The notes under the pieces were generated by a model that worked only from the letters and a program-made list of their open reading frames with translations, was not told where the DNA came from and did no database searches. This document shows positions 43,992-53,725 of a stretch of 64,000 nt of DNA, piece by piece. Numbering within the stretch: position 1 is the stretch's first letter; every line of letters begins with the position of its first letter. The DNA is from a bacterium (GTDB lineage: Bacteria; Bacillota; Clostridia; Oscillospirales; Oscillospiraceae), in the NCBI GenBank assembly GCA_963650165.1, contig CAVJKX010000008.1:1302-65301 (forward strand). The letters are read 5' to 3'. Both the position numbers and the translations under genes were made by a program.

Positions 43992-45728
43992 ATGGGACCA
44001 AACGAAAAAAATACGAGCGGAACGTGGAAAAGCCTGTTCGTCACGCTCAGGAAGCTCCGGCTTCCGTGGCTTTGGGTGCTCATTGCTCTGGCGCTGAACC
44101 TCGCCTTCAACCGTATGCTGCTCGACCTTCCGAACACGACGGCGAGCCTGCTCGGCGGTGATCTGTCGGGCAAGGCGATAAGGGACGCCGTTATCTACTA
44201 TGTCGCACTCGGCGTGCTGTCGTTCGTTGTCGTGGCCGCTCAGGTGCAGGCGCAGTCGCTCGGCGTGCGCAGGGCAAGGGAGAGCGTCTGGAGCAAGATG
44301 CTCGGCATGCGCATGGAGCACTTTGACCTCAACGACCCCTCGGACCTCATGAGCGCGATCATAAACGACACCGGCTCCGCGGTCAACAGCATGGTCAACG
44401 TCATCATCTACCTCATTCCCGATATCTATTACATCGTCGCGGCGCTGCTGCGGATAAACGAATATCACTGGGTGCTGGCGCTGTCCTGCTTTGCGATGCT
44501 GCCGCTGAAATACCTGTATGCGCTGATCATGGGCAAAAAGGTGCAGACGGCATCGACGAAGGTCTACGGCCGCATCGGCCTGCTCACGAGCTTCCTGGCC
44601 GACAGGATAAGCCACCTGCCGCTGGTCAAGACCTGCACCAACGAGAGCTTCGAGAGCGAAAACGGCCGCGAGGCCGCGGGCGAGATCATGAAGGCCAACA
44701 TGAAGCTGGTCGATCTGACGAACATCTCCTCCGGCATCGTCGCGGTCATCGACATATTGCAGAAATTCATTGTCGTCGTCATTGCGGTCATCCTGCTTCA
44801 GCGGGGCGAGATCGACGTGACGATGTGGCTTGCCTTTTTCCTCTTCGCGCAGAACCTGTTCCCGATAATGGACGGCGTTTTCACGCGCTGGGTAACGATC
44901 AAGGGCATCAAGGGCACCTTCGAGCGCAGCGTCGGCATAATGAACGGCAGCGACGAGTGCGGCGGCGCACTCTCCTTCCCCGACAGCGGCGAGGTGCGCT
45001 TTGAAAACGTCAGCTTCACCTATCCCGGCGCAGACGAGCCCGCTTTGAGGAACGTATCGTTCACCGTGCCCGACGGCGGCAGCGTCGCCATAGTCGGAAT
45101 GTGCGGCAGCGGCAAGACCACCACCGTGAGCATGCTCGAGCGCTTCTACCTGCCCGACGAGGGCCGGGTGCTCGTCGGCGGAACGGACATTGCGGATATA
45201 TCTCTTTCCGAGTTCAGAAAAAAGCTTGCCTATGTCCAGCAGGGCGCGGGCATATTCAGCGGCAGCCTGCGCGAGGCGCTCACCTACGGCATAGACCGCG
45301 AGGTCGGCGACGCGGAGATCCTCGAAGCCGCAAGGCGCACGGGCTTTACCGAGTACCTTGAGCTGTGCCCCGACGGGCTCGACACGGCGATAGCCGCCGG
45401 AGGCGAGTCGATGTCCGGCGGTCAGAAGCAGCGGCTCGTGCTCACCCGCGAGGTGCTGCGCGGCGGCAGCATAATACTTATGGACGAGCCGACGAGTGCG
45501 CTTGACGTGCGCGTTTCGGCAAGGATACAGGAGACGATGGACGCCGTTTTCGAGGGTAAAACGCGCATACTGATAACGCACGATCTCGATTACGCAAGGC
45601 GCTGCGGGCGTATAATCGTCCTGTCCGGCGGCACGCTCGTCGGCGACGGCGACCACGAGCAGCTCATGCGCAGCTGCCCGACGTACCGCGGCATGGTACA
45701 GAACACGCTCGGGGAGGAGGAAACATGA
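43992..45728 (+). CDS. ABC exporter, fused permease/ATPase (half-transporter A)
   Basis: N-terminal 6-TM domain; GMCGSGKTT Walker A, MSGGQKQRL signature, IILMDEPTSALD Walker B. Confidence 0.9.
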   Translation: MGPNEKNTSGTWKSLFVTLRKLRLPWLWVLIALALNLAFNRMLLDLPNTTASLLGGDLSGKAIRDAVIYYVALGVLSFVVVAAQVQAQSLGVRRARESVWSKMLGMRMEHFDLNDPSDLMSAIINDTGSAVNSMVNVIIYLIPDIYYIVAALLRINEYHWVLALSCFAMLPLKYLYALIMGKKVQTASTKVYGRIGLLTSFLADRISHLPLVKTCTNESFESENGREAAGEIMKANMKLVDLTNISSGIVAVIDILQKFIVVVIAVILLQRGEIDVTMWLAFFLFAQNLFPIMDGVFTRWVTIKGIKGTFERSVGIMNGSDECGGALSFPDSGEVRFENVSFTYPGADEPALRNVSFTVPDGGSVAIVGMCGSGKTTTVSMLERFYLPDEGRVLVGGTDIADISLSEFRKKLAYVQQGAGIFSGSLREALTYGIDREVGDAEILEAARRTGFTEYLELCPDGLDTAIAAGGESMSGGQKQRLVLTREVLRGGSIILMDEPTSALDVRVSARIQETMDAVFEGKTRILITHDLDYARRCGRIIVLSGGTLVGDGDHEQLMRSCPTYRGMVQNTLGEEET

Positions 45729-47425
45729 AAAAGCTTTCCGGATATTTCAGCGTCCTCAGGGGCGTTAAGCTGCCCTGGCTGCTCATCATCCTGTGCTTTA
45801 TCTTCTCGGCCGCGACAATGAGCGCGGAGCTTCAGAGCGCAACGCTCACGGCGAGCGTCATCGACACGAGCCAGAAGGCGATCGACGGCAAGGCGCTTTT
45901 CAGCTACATGGGCGTGACAGCCGCGGCGGCGGTGCTGTCCATCGTGTCCTACTACTTCACGCGGAAAATGGAGGAGACTATAAACCTCCGCGTAAGGTGC
46001 AGGCTCTGGGAGAAGATAATGCACCTGCCGATGAAGTACTACGACGAGGATAACGGCAACGAGCTCGTCAGCCGTGTCACCTCCGATGCGAGCGCACCCT
46101 CGACGCTGTTTTCAATGGCGGTGTCGTTCGTGGTCTGCATCGTGACGTCGGTCCAGGCGTTCATAAAGCTCTACGATTACAATACGATGCTTGCAAACTA
46201 CTCGCTGCTTATAATTCCGCTGACGCTCATCGTGTGCGTCATCTACGGAAAGCTCATGTACAGGCTCGGCGTTTACAGCACCGTGACCATGGCGAGCAGC
46301 CTCGGCTACCTGGCAGAGCGCGTGCGCAATCTCCGCCTGATAAAGAGCGCGGCTGCCGAAATGCTCGAAAGCCGCAGGGGCAGCGCCACCTTCAGGCGCA
46401 TGTACATTGCCGATTTCCTCAACTGGATACTCGTTGCCGGCTATCAGCTTGCCTCGAGCCTGTTTTCGATCATGTTCATCTTCATCGTCTTTGTCATCGG
46501 CGGCAGGCTCGTGCCCGCGGGCGTGCTCAGCATCGGCGATCTGACCGCGTTTTACATGATAACAGGCATCGTCGGGCTCCAGCTCATGCAGTTTTTCATG
46601 AACGTCGGCTCGGTGTCCGGCATCTTCGGCACGATGCAGAAGATAAACCGCGTCTCCTCGGCAGAGCCTGAGCACGCGGACGGCGCAGACGTTCCCGGCG
46701 TTTGCTCGGATATACTCTTTGAAAACGTGAGCTTTGCCTATTCCGAGGAGCGCGAGGTCCTCAAAAACGTATCCCTGACGATACCCATGGGCAAGGTCAC
46801 CGCCGTCATCGGCGGCAACGGCGCGGGCAAGAGCACGCTCTTCAAGCTGCTCGTGCGCCTGTACGAGCCCTCGGAGGGCAGGATACTCTTCGGCGGCGAG
46901 GATATCTCGGAGCTCGATCTTGCGCAGTGGCGGAAGCGCTTTGCCTATGTGTTCCAGCGCGAGGCGCTCATCGGCGGCACGGTGCGCGAGAACATGCTCT
47001 ACGGCCTCGAGCGCGAGGTCAGCGAGGAGGAGCTCATCGAAACGGCGAAGAGAGCCAACTGCTACGACTTCATCATGGAAAAGCCTCTGGGCTTTGACGA
47101 GGATGTGGGTCTGGGCGGCTCGAACTTCTCCGGCGGCCAGGCGCAGTGCATTTCCATCGCCCGCGCGATGCTTCGCGGCTCGGATTTCCTGCTGCTCGAC
47201 GAGGCCACGAGCAATCTCGACGTGATGAGCGAGGCGCTCGTCACCGACGCTCTCGACAGGCTCATGCAGGGGCGCACGACGATAATGATAGCGCACAGCT
47301 TCGCCGCAACGAAGAACGCCGACAACATCATCGTCATGAAGGACGGCTCTCCCGAGGCCGCCGGCTCGCCTGCCGAGCTTGAAAAAACAAACGATTACTA
47401 CAGACTTTTCAGCAAAACGCTGTAA
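45725..47425 (+). CDS. ABC exporter, fused permease/ATPase (half-transporter B)
   Basis: ATGA overlap with the upstream gene. GGNGAGKST, FSGGQAQCISIARA, LLLDEATSNLD. Confidence 0.9.
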   Translation: MKKLSGYFSVLRGVKLPWLLIILCFIFSAATMSAELQSATLTASVIDTSQKAIDGKALFSYMGVTAAAAVLSIVSYYFTRKMEETINLRVRCRLWEKIMHLPMKYYDEDNGNELVSRVTSDASAPSTLFSMAVSFVVCIVTSVQAFIKLYDYNTMLANYSLLIIPLTLIVCVIYGKLMYRLGVYSTVTMASSLGYLAERVRNLRLIKSAAAEMLESRRGSATFRRMYIADFLNWILVAGYQLASSLFSIMFIFIVFVIGGRLVPAGVLSIGDLTAFYMITGIVGLQLMQFFMNVGSVSGIFGTMQKINRVSSAEPEHADGADVPGVCSDILFENVSFAYSEEREVLKNVSLTIPMGKVTAVIGGNGAGKSTLFKLLVRLYEPSEGRILFGGEDISELDLAQWRKRFAYVFQREALIGGTVRENMLYGLEREVSEEELIETAKRANCYDFIMEKPLGFDEDVGLGGSNFSGGQAQCISIARAMLRGSDFLLLDEATSNLDVMSEALVTDALDRLMQGRTTIMIAHSFAATKNADNIIVMKDGSPEAAGSPAELEKTNDYYRLFSKTL

Positions 47426-47442
47426 AGCGGATGCGAGGAAAA

Positions 47443-50331
47443 ATGATAAAGGAAAAAATAAAACTCAGCGAGGTTGAGCCGGGCGGCTGCGCAGCCGGCT
47501 TCGAGCTTGAAAAAAAGGAATACATCGAAGCAAAAAAAGCGCAGCTTTACACCCTGCGGCACAAAAAAAGCGGCGCGGAGCTCCTGTACTTCGACAGAGC
47601 CGACAGGAACATGACCTTCGCCGTCACCTTCAAGACCCTGCCGGAGGACGACACCGGCGTTTTCCACATTCTTGAGCACAGCGTCCTCAACGGCTCGAAG
47701 AAATACCCCGTCAAGGAGCCCTTCGTTTCGCTGCTGCAAAGCTCGATGCAGACGTTTTTAAACGCCTACACCTTCGGCGACAAGACCATGTTCCCCGTTT
47801 CGAGCCGAAACGAACAGGATCTATATAACCTCATGAGCGTGTATCTCGACGCGGTGTTCTGCCCCGCCATTTACGAAAAGCCCGAGATATTCATGCAGGA
47901 GGGCTGGCATTACGAATTTGACGAGGCAACCGGCGAGGCAAGCTATAACGGCGTCGTTTTCAGCGAGATGAAGGGCGCATATGCCGACGTTGAGCGGCTC
48001 ATGGGCGACGCTGCCGACAGGCTCCTGTATCCCGACACCTGCTACGGCTTTTCCTCCGGCGGCCTGCCGGAGAAGATAACCGAGCTCAGCTACGAGCAGT
48101 TCATAGCGGCGCACAGACGCTTCTACCACCCCTCGAACGCACGCTTCTTCCTCGACGGGCACATGGACATAGAAAGCGTTCTCGAATACATAGACGGCGA
48201 ATACCTCTGCAAATACGACCGCCGCGAGCCCGACTTCGGCTTTGCCGAGCAGAAGCCCGTCACCGGCGAGGCTACGGTCTTCTTCGAGCCCGCCGAGGGC
48301 GAGGACGGGCATGCGCACATGGTCATATCAAAGCTGCTGTGCCGCTTTGACGATATTGAAAAGCTCTATGCCGCCAAGATCCTTGCCGACTATTTCACCG
48401 GCTCGAACGAAGCGCCGCTCAAGCGCGCGTTTCTCGAAAAGGGTCTTGCGCAGGACGTCGGCCTCGAGATAAGCGACGGCATATATCAGCCCTCGCTGTC
48501 CCTTGTCGTGCTCAATTCCGCCGCCGACCGCTTCGGGACGATACGCGGCTTTGTTCCGGAAACGGTCAGGGCGCTGACCGCGGCGGGGCTTGACCGCAGT
48601 GCGCTGCGCGCGTGCATCGAGCGCTTTGCCTTCAACTGCCGCGAGGTCACCGAGCCCTACGGCGTGGAGCTTGCAATAAAGGCGCTCGACGGCTGGCTCT
48701 ACGGCGGCGATCCGATGATGCATATAGACAACGCGCGGGTGTTCGATTCCCTGCGTGAAAAGCTCGGCACCGATTATTTCGAGGCTCTCGCGCTCGAAAT
48801 GCTCGCGGATGCCGACGATAAGTGCTATGTATACGCTCTGCCGTCGAAAACGAAGGTCGCCGACGATGCGGCGAAGGAAAAGGCGCGTATCGCGGCGCAG
48901 ACGTCCGCCTGGGACGGGCAGCGGCTCCGGCGCGAAAAGCTTGCCGTTGAGAAAATGCAGCAGTGGCAGCAGAGCCGCGACAGCGAGGAGGCTCTTGCGA
49001 CGCTGCCCGTGCTCGAGCTTGCCGACGTGCCGCGCGAGGTCGAGCCCATCGGCGCCGAGCCCTGCGATATCGCGTCCCGCCCGGCACTGCGCGTCAGCAC
49101 CGGCGCGGACGGGATAGTCTACCTCAACCTGTATTTCGACATCTCCGATTTCGGCACGCAGGAGCTGCGGCAGGCCGGCATCATCGCCTCCTGCCTCGGC
49201 GAGCTGCGCACGAAAAATCTCGGCGCATCGGAGCTTCAGAACAAAATAAAAGCCACCCTCGGCGGTCTCGGCGCAAGGGTGGAGCTCATCTCGCACGAGG
49301 GCGAGCTGGATAAATGCACGCCGTACCTGCTGGTTTCGGCGAGTATGCTGCGCGAAAACACGGCTTCCGCGGCCGAGCTTCTGACCGAGATACTCAAGAA
49401 CACCTGCTGGGACGAGTGCGGCAGGATCGGCGAGCTGCTCGTGCAGACCGATTACTTCCTCAAACAGTCGCTGATCGGAAACGGGCATAATTTTGCCGTG
49501 ACCAAGGCGCTGTCGGGCTTTTCGGCCGAGGGTGCTCTGCGCGAGGCGCTTGAGGGCGAGAGCTTTGCCGGCTGGCTGTCGGAGCTTACCGCCGGCTTTG
49601 ACGAAAACGGCGCTGAGTTCTGCGCGGAGCTCAATGCGCTTGCCGGCCGGGCCTTTGCCGCGAACAGGCTGTTTATCGGCTTCGGCGGCGATCCCGACAC
49701 GGCCGCGATAGAGAGCCTTGTCCGCGCGCTTCCCGAAACGGTGCGCGGTGAGCCCGCCGCGGCGCCCGCCGGAGCGGAGAAAAGCTGCACGGTCGAGATA
49801 CCTGCGGACGTCGGCTTCAGCGCGCTCGGCGGGAACCTCTTTGCCTTCGGCGGAGCGTACTCCGGCGCGTGGCCCGTGCTGGCCTCGCTGATGACCTTCG
49901 GCTATCTCTGGGGCGCCGTGCGCGTTCAGGGCGGAGCCTACGGCACGGGCATGAATGTGCGCGCGAACGGCGATATCTTCTGCTACTCCTACCGCGACCC
50001 GAATCTGCCGGCCTCGGCCGAGGCGTTTGCGGCGCTGCCGGATGTGCTCGGACAGATGCTCGCGGAGGATATGCCGCTTGACGATATCATCATCGGCACG
50101 GTCAACACGACCGATCCCCTGCTCGACCCTGCGGGCATGTGCGAGCTCAGCTGCCGCCGCTGCCTCAAGGGCACGAGCGCACAGAGCATCGCGCAGCTGC
50201 GCCGCGAGATCCTCGACACGAACGCGCAGGAGCTCCGTTCGCTCATCCCGACGCTGCGCAGCTTTGTCGAAAACGGCGTGCTCTGCGCCGTCGGCAACCG
50301 CAGTGCATCCGCCTTCGTAAAGGATTTTTAG
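47443..50331 (+). CDS. M16-family (insulinase, PreP/M16C-like) zinc peptidase
   Basis: GVFHILEHSVLNGSKKYP contains the inverted HxxEH zinc motif. ~960 aa. ATG 47443 (after GAGGAAAA) is preferred over 47431. The stop TAG lies at the edge of repeat cluster R2. Confidence 0.85.
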   Translation: MIKEKIKLSEVEPGGCAAGFELEKKEYIEAKKAQLYTLRHKKSGAELLYFDRADRNMTFAVTFKTLPEDDTGVFHILEHSVLNGSKKYPVKEPFVSLLQSSMQTFLNAYTFGDKTMFPVSSRNEQDLYNLMSVYLDAVFCPAIYEKPEIFMQEGWHYEFDEATGEASYNGVVFSEMKGAYADVERLMGDAADRLLYPDTCYGFSSGGLPEKITELSYEQFIAAHRRFYHPSNARFFLDGHMDIESVLEYIDGEYLCKYDRREPDFGFAEQKPVTGEATVFFEPAEGEDGHAHMVISKLLCRFDDIEKLYAAKILADYFTGSNEAPLKRAFLEKGLAQDVGLEISDGIYQPSLSLVVLNSAADRFGTIRGFVPETVRALTAAGLDRSALRACIERFAFNCREVTEPYGVELAIKALDGWLYGGDPMMHIDNARVFDSLREKLGTDYFEALALEMLADADDKCYVYALPSKTKVADDAAKEKARIAAQTSAWDGQRLRREKLAVEKMQQWQQSRDSEEALATLPVLELADVPREVEPIGAEPCDIASRPALRVSTGADGIVYLNLYFDISDFGTQELRQAGIIASCLGELRTKNLGASELQNKIKATLGGLGARVELISHEGELDKCTPYLLVSASMLRENTASAAELLTEILKNTCWDECGRIGELLVQTDYFLKQSLIGNGHNFAVTKALSGFSAEGALREALEGESFAGWLSELTAGFDENGAEFCAELNALAGRAFAANRLFIGFGGDPDTAAIESLVRALPETVRGEPAAAPAGAEKSCTVEIPADVGFSALGGNLFAFGGAYSGAWPVLASLMTFGYLWGAVRVQGGAYGTGMNVRANGDIFCYSYRDPNLPASAEAFAALPDVLGQMLAEDMPLDDIIIGTVNTTDPLLDPAGMCELSCRRCLKGTSAQSIAQLRREILDTNAQELRSLIPTLRSFVENGVLCAVGNRSASAFVKDF

Positions 50332-51060
50332 TGGCGAATTTTCAGAGGCGAATTTAGGCTGTACTTATACGCATATTGCGGGTGCCCGGTTCGAAACGAT
50401 GGAGGAAACTACGGCGTTTCGCTGCCCGTAAGTGCGGGAAAAAGATTTGTTTATCCTCTTGTATCGGTTTCCGCGCGGCCGCCGGTCGGGCTGATGCGAA
50501 AATCAGCACGATCTCACGGGATACGAAACGTATTTATTTTCTCCATTGTTTCCGGTCGTGCTGACGCAATAAATGTATCGGCACAATGTGAAAACGCCTA
50601 TGAAAATCCGTGCGCAGAGCGCACACCGCAATTATTCACTATTCATTATTCACTCTTCATTCGCAGAAGCGGAGCTTCTGCGCTGCCTTCCCCTTGCGGA
50701 GCCTGAGGGGAAGGTGTCAGCCGCAAGGCTGACGGATGAGGTGTAACCAAATCCTTTGCTGTCAGGCAAACACAAATTCCCAGTAAGGAACTTAATCCAA
50801 TATTAAACGAGAAAAAGACAGTGCAGACTAAAAATCTGCACTGTCTTTTATCAACATTGTTGCGGCTTGCGCCGCAATTTTATTACACCTCTTCAGTCAC
50901 CTTCGGTGACAGCTTCCCCTCAAGCTCCGCAAGTGGAAGCCAAGGGTGCAAAACATTACTCCGCACTCGCGTTACGCGGCAGTGATCTTATTTCGTCGGC
51001 AGTAACGATACCGGGCGCCCGCAATAAACGTATAGGTACAGCCTAAATGCGCCTCTAAAA
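50326..51060. repeat. mosaic intergenic repeat cluster R2 (~735 bp), bounded by inverted terminal modules
   Basis: Left end TTCAGAGGCGAATTTAGGCTGTACTTATACGCATATTGCGGGTGCCCGGT; right end is its inverted counterpart ACCGGGCGCCCGCAATAAACGTATAGGTACAGCCTAAATGCGCCTCT. The interior is a chain of short hairpins (CTTCCCCT..AGGGGAAG, GTCAGCC-gcaa-GGCTGAC, GTCACC-gaa-GGTGAC, AAGACAGTGCAGA..TCTGCACTGTCTT). No ORF is conserved between copies. Confidence 0.8.
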
Positions 51061-51336
51061 AACAGGGCAGATGCCGCAGACCTCCATGGTGTCGGTATCG
51101 ACGATGCAGCACAGCTTCATGCCGCAGGCGCAGTCGTAGCTGCCGGGGAGGGTGACCTCGGCGTAGCTGCCGGTGCAGTCGGTGAAGAGCTCCACGGCCG
51201 CGCTGGCCGCACTGAAGCCGCTGCCTGCTTCACGCACGGCGGCCTCCGCCGCATCGCGGCACAGAGCTTCCTCGCTGCGGAACAGTGCTCCGAGGATGTT
51301 GGTGATTATATTTACGTTGGTCATAGTGTTTTTCAT
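51055..51336 (-). CDS. small Cys-rich protein (93 aa), unknown function
   Basis: Strong AGGAGG RBS 8 nt upstream of the ATG. 8 Cys, concentrated in the C-terminus (YDCACGMKLCCIVDTDTMEVCGICPVF). The stop codon lies inside the terminal module of R2. Confidence 0.6.
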   Translation of the reverse strand: MKNTMTNVNIITNILGALFRSEEALCRDAAEAAVREAGSGFSAASAAVELFTDCTGSYAEVTLPGSYDCACGMKLCCIVDTDTMEVCGICPVF

Positions 51337-51814
51337 TTCATTTACCTCCTGAAAATTTGTCCGTTCTTCTCTGAAGTCGTTTGATTCTTATCTTCTGTTC
51401 ACAACTGTCATACTAATTATGACTGTTAAAAATCAGATTACAATAGCCATTCGGCAATATTTACATCAAATTAACATGTTTACCGGTTCTCTTTGCATTT
51501 AAACAGCACATTTTTCTTGAATTTTCAAAAACTGTTCTGCTTTCTTAGGCGGCAGTGCATGAAGTATTTGTTCGCGCGCCGCAAACTGTTAAAGTTTTAT
51601 TGAAAACTGTATCATTCATTATATCGCCTCCCGTGATTTTCGTTTGCGGGCTTCTTTCCTGTCCACGCATATAAGTTTAAACGGCGGATTTTAAGCGGGT
51701 ATAACGAAAAATGAAACAAAGCTTTAAAATTTCCCGACACGTTTTAAATTTTGTTTAACTAAAGGGCGAAAAGTGCTGATATAATGAACCCACCATTAAC
51801 AAAGGCGTGATCAT

Positions 51815-52957
51815 ATGACCATAAAAAAGCGGCTGAACAGATCAAACCTGCACATGTTCCTCATCCCGATGCTCACGGCGGCGGCGCTGCTCATGCTCGG
51901 TGCGGGCATTGCGCTGTACATCCTTGAGACAAACTATCTGCCGAAGCTGGGGCTCAGCCTGCGCGAGATGCATCTGCTGCTCGAGCAGTACGAGGGGCCG
52001 CTGCAAAGCTTTGAGGTGTTTGTGTGGATATACGCCGGGGCCGTCGGCATGGCGCTGATACTTACCATATTATTTACGAACGTCTACCTCACGCGCGAGC
52101 TGTTTTCGCACATATCGCGGCCGCTGGATATACTCGTCGAGGGCGTAGAGCGCATACGCTCCGGCGATCTTGAGCATCCCATAGCCTACACCGAGCCCGA
52201 CGAGTTCAAGGCCGCCTGCGACGCGGTCGACATGATGGCGGCCAGACTCAAAGCCTCGCTCGAGGCAGAGCAGCGCCGCCGGCAGAGCAGCAAGGAGCTC
52301 ATCGCCGGCATGAGCCACGATCTGAAAAGTCCCCTGACTTCGATACGCGCCTACACCGAAGCTCTGCTCGAGGGCGTCGCCGCCGCGCCGGAGACTCAGG
52401 AAAAATACCTCGGCACGATACACGACAAGGAGCTTGAGATGGAGCACATGGTCGCCTGCCTGCTGGAGTTTTCAAAGCTCGAGCTGAGCGAATACCCCGC
52501 AAAGACCGAGTGCCTTGAGCTCAGGCCGGAGCTTGAGAGCATAGTCTCCGACATGGCGCAGGAGGCCGATATCGACCTGAGCGGCGTTTCGGGCACGCAG
52601 GTGCGTGCCGACCGCGGGCAGCTGCGGCGCATCGTTGAAAACATCGTCGGCAACAGCATAAAATACTGCCCCGAACGGCCGCGGGTCGAGATATCCTCGC
52701 AGCGTCTGGGCAGCTTTGTGCGCATCAAATTCTCCGACAACGGCCCCGGCGTCCCCGCAGAGGCGCTGCCGAAGCTGTTTGACCTGTTCTACCGCACGGA
52801 CCCCGCGCGCGCAAAGCCGGGTTCCGGCTCCGGGCTGGGGCTTGCTATCGTAAGGCGCTCGGTCGGGCAGATGGGCGGGCGCGCCTTTGCCGAGAATGCC
52901 GAGGGCGGCGGACTGTGCATAGTTATCGATCTTCCGGGAGGCTGCGAAAATGGCTAA
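51815..52957 (+). CDS. sensor histidine kinase (two TMs with short extracytoplasmic loop, HAMP, HisKA, HATPase)
   Basis: H-box AGMSHDLKSPLTSI; N-box VGNSIKYC; G-boxes DNGPGV and GSGLGLAIV. Confidence 0.9.
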   Translation: MTIKKRLNRSNLHMFLIPMLTAAALLMLGAGIALYILETNYLPKLGLSLREMHLLLEQYEGPLQSFEVFVWIYAGAVGMALILTILFTNVYLTRELFSHISRPLDILVEGVERIRSGDLEHPIAYTEPDEFKAACDAVDMMAARLKASLEAEQRRRQSSKELIAGMSHDLKSPLTSIRAYTEALLEGVAAAPETQEKYLGTIHDKELEMEHMVACLLEFSKLELSEYPAKTECLELRPELESIVSDMAQEADIDLSGVSGTQVRADRGQLRRIVENIVGNSIKYCPERPRVEISSQRLGSFVRIKFSDNGPGVPAEALPKLFDLFYRTDPARAKPGSGSGLGLAIVRRSVGQMGGRAFAENAEGGGLCIVIDLPGGCENG

Positions 52958-53639
52958 GATACTTATAATAGAAGACGACCGCGCGATATCCGATATAGAG
53001 CGCGACTATCTCGAGCTCTCGGGCTTTGAGACGGACACGGCCTTCGACGGCGTGGAGGGGCTCAATAAGGCTCTCGCCGGCGGGCACGATCTTATCCTGC
53101 TCGACCTCATGCTGCCGGGGCTCGACGGCTTTTCCGTCTGCAAAAAGCTGCGGGACAGGACCGACGTTCCCATACTCATGGTCACGGCGCGCACGCAGGA
53201 TATCGATAAGATACGCGGCCTCGGCTTCGGCGCGGACGATTACATCGAAAAGCCCTTCTCGCCGGGCGTGCTCGTCGCGCGCGTCAAGGCGCATCTCGCG
53301 CAGTACGAGCGCTTAAAGCCCCGGCCGCAGGCAGAGAGCAGCCTCGTCGAGGCGGGGCCCTTCGTCATGGACACCGACGCGCACAGCGCAAGCGTCGGCG
53401 GGCGCGAGCTGTGCCTCAAGAACAAGGAATTCGAGCTGCTGCTGTTTCTGCTGCGGCACCCGAACCAGGTGTTCAGCCGCGAGGATCTGTACGAGCTGAT
53501 CTGGGGACTTGAGAGCATGGGCGACAACATCACCGTCGCCGTGCACATAAACCGTCTGCGCGAGAAGATCGAGGCCGACCCCTCCAGGCCCGAGTATATC
53601 CAGACCGTCTGGGGCGTGGGCTACCGTTTGAAAATTTAA
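52950..53639 (+). CDS. OmpR-family response regulator
   Basis: ILIIEDD...LILLDLMLPGLDG receiver domain; C-terminal winged helix ...YIQTVWGVGYRL. Overlaps the HK gene by 8 nt. Confidence 0.9.
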   Translation: MAKILIIEDDRAISDIERDYLELSGFETDTAFDGVEGLNKALAGGHDLILLDLMLPGLDGFSVCKKLRDRTDVPILMVTARTQDIDKIRGLGFGADDYIEKPFSPGVLVARVKAHLAQYERLKPRPQAESSLVEAGPFVMDTDAHSASVGGRELCLKNKEFELLLFLLRHPNQVFSREDLYELIWGLESMGDNITVAVHINRLREKIEADPSRPEYIQTVWGVGYRLKI

Positions 53640-53725
53640 ATATCCGTTTTTAATATCCGTTTAAATTTAATTTATCGCAGGTTTAAACCGCCCTCCTATA
53701 CTGGCATTGTTCAGTAAGGAGGGTT

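Noticed and set aside
43368-45656. 762-aa minus-strand ORF, and analogous long antisense ORFs (46112..47296, 48328..49488, 38279..39520, 55331..56725, 56759..58264, 62033..63070, 31004..31966, 32255..33349, 35849..36727, 12290..13255, 2715..3557, 2875..3672, 41361..42284)
   Set aside because: Each lies antisense to a gene with unambiguous family motifs (ABC, M16, MBL, GT2, YeiH, LacI, HMGL, LysR, methyltransferase, etc.). They are typical GC-rich shadow ORFs.
51337-51814. AT-rich 480-bp spacer as a hidden gene or riboswitch
   Set aside because: There is no ORF with an RBS and no recognisable riboswitch core. I flag it only as compositionally unusual.
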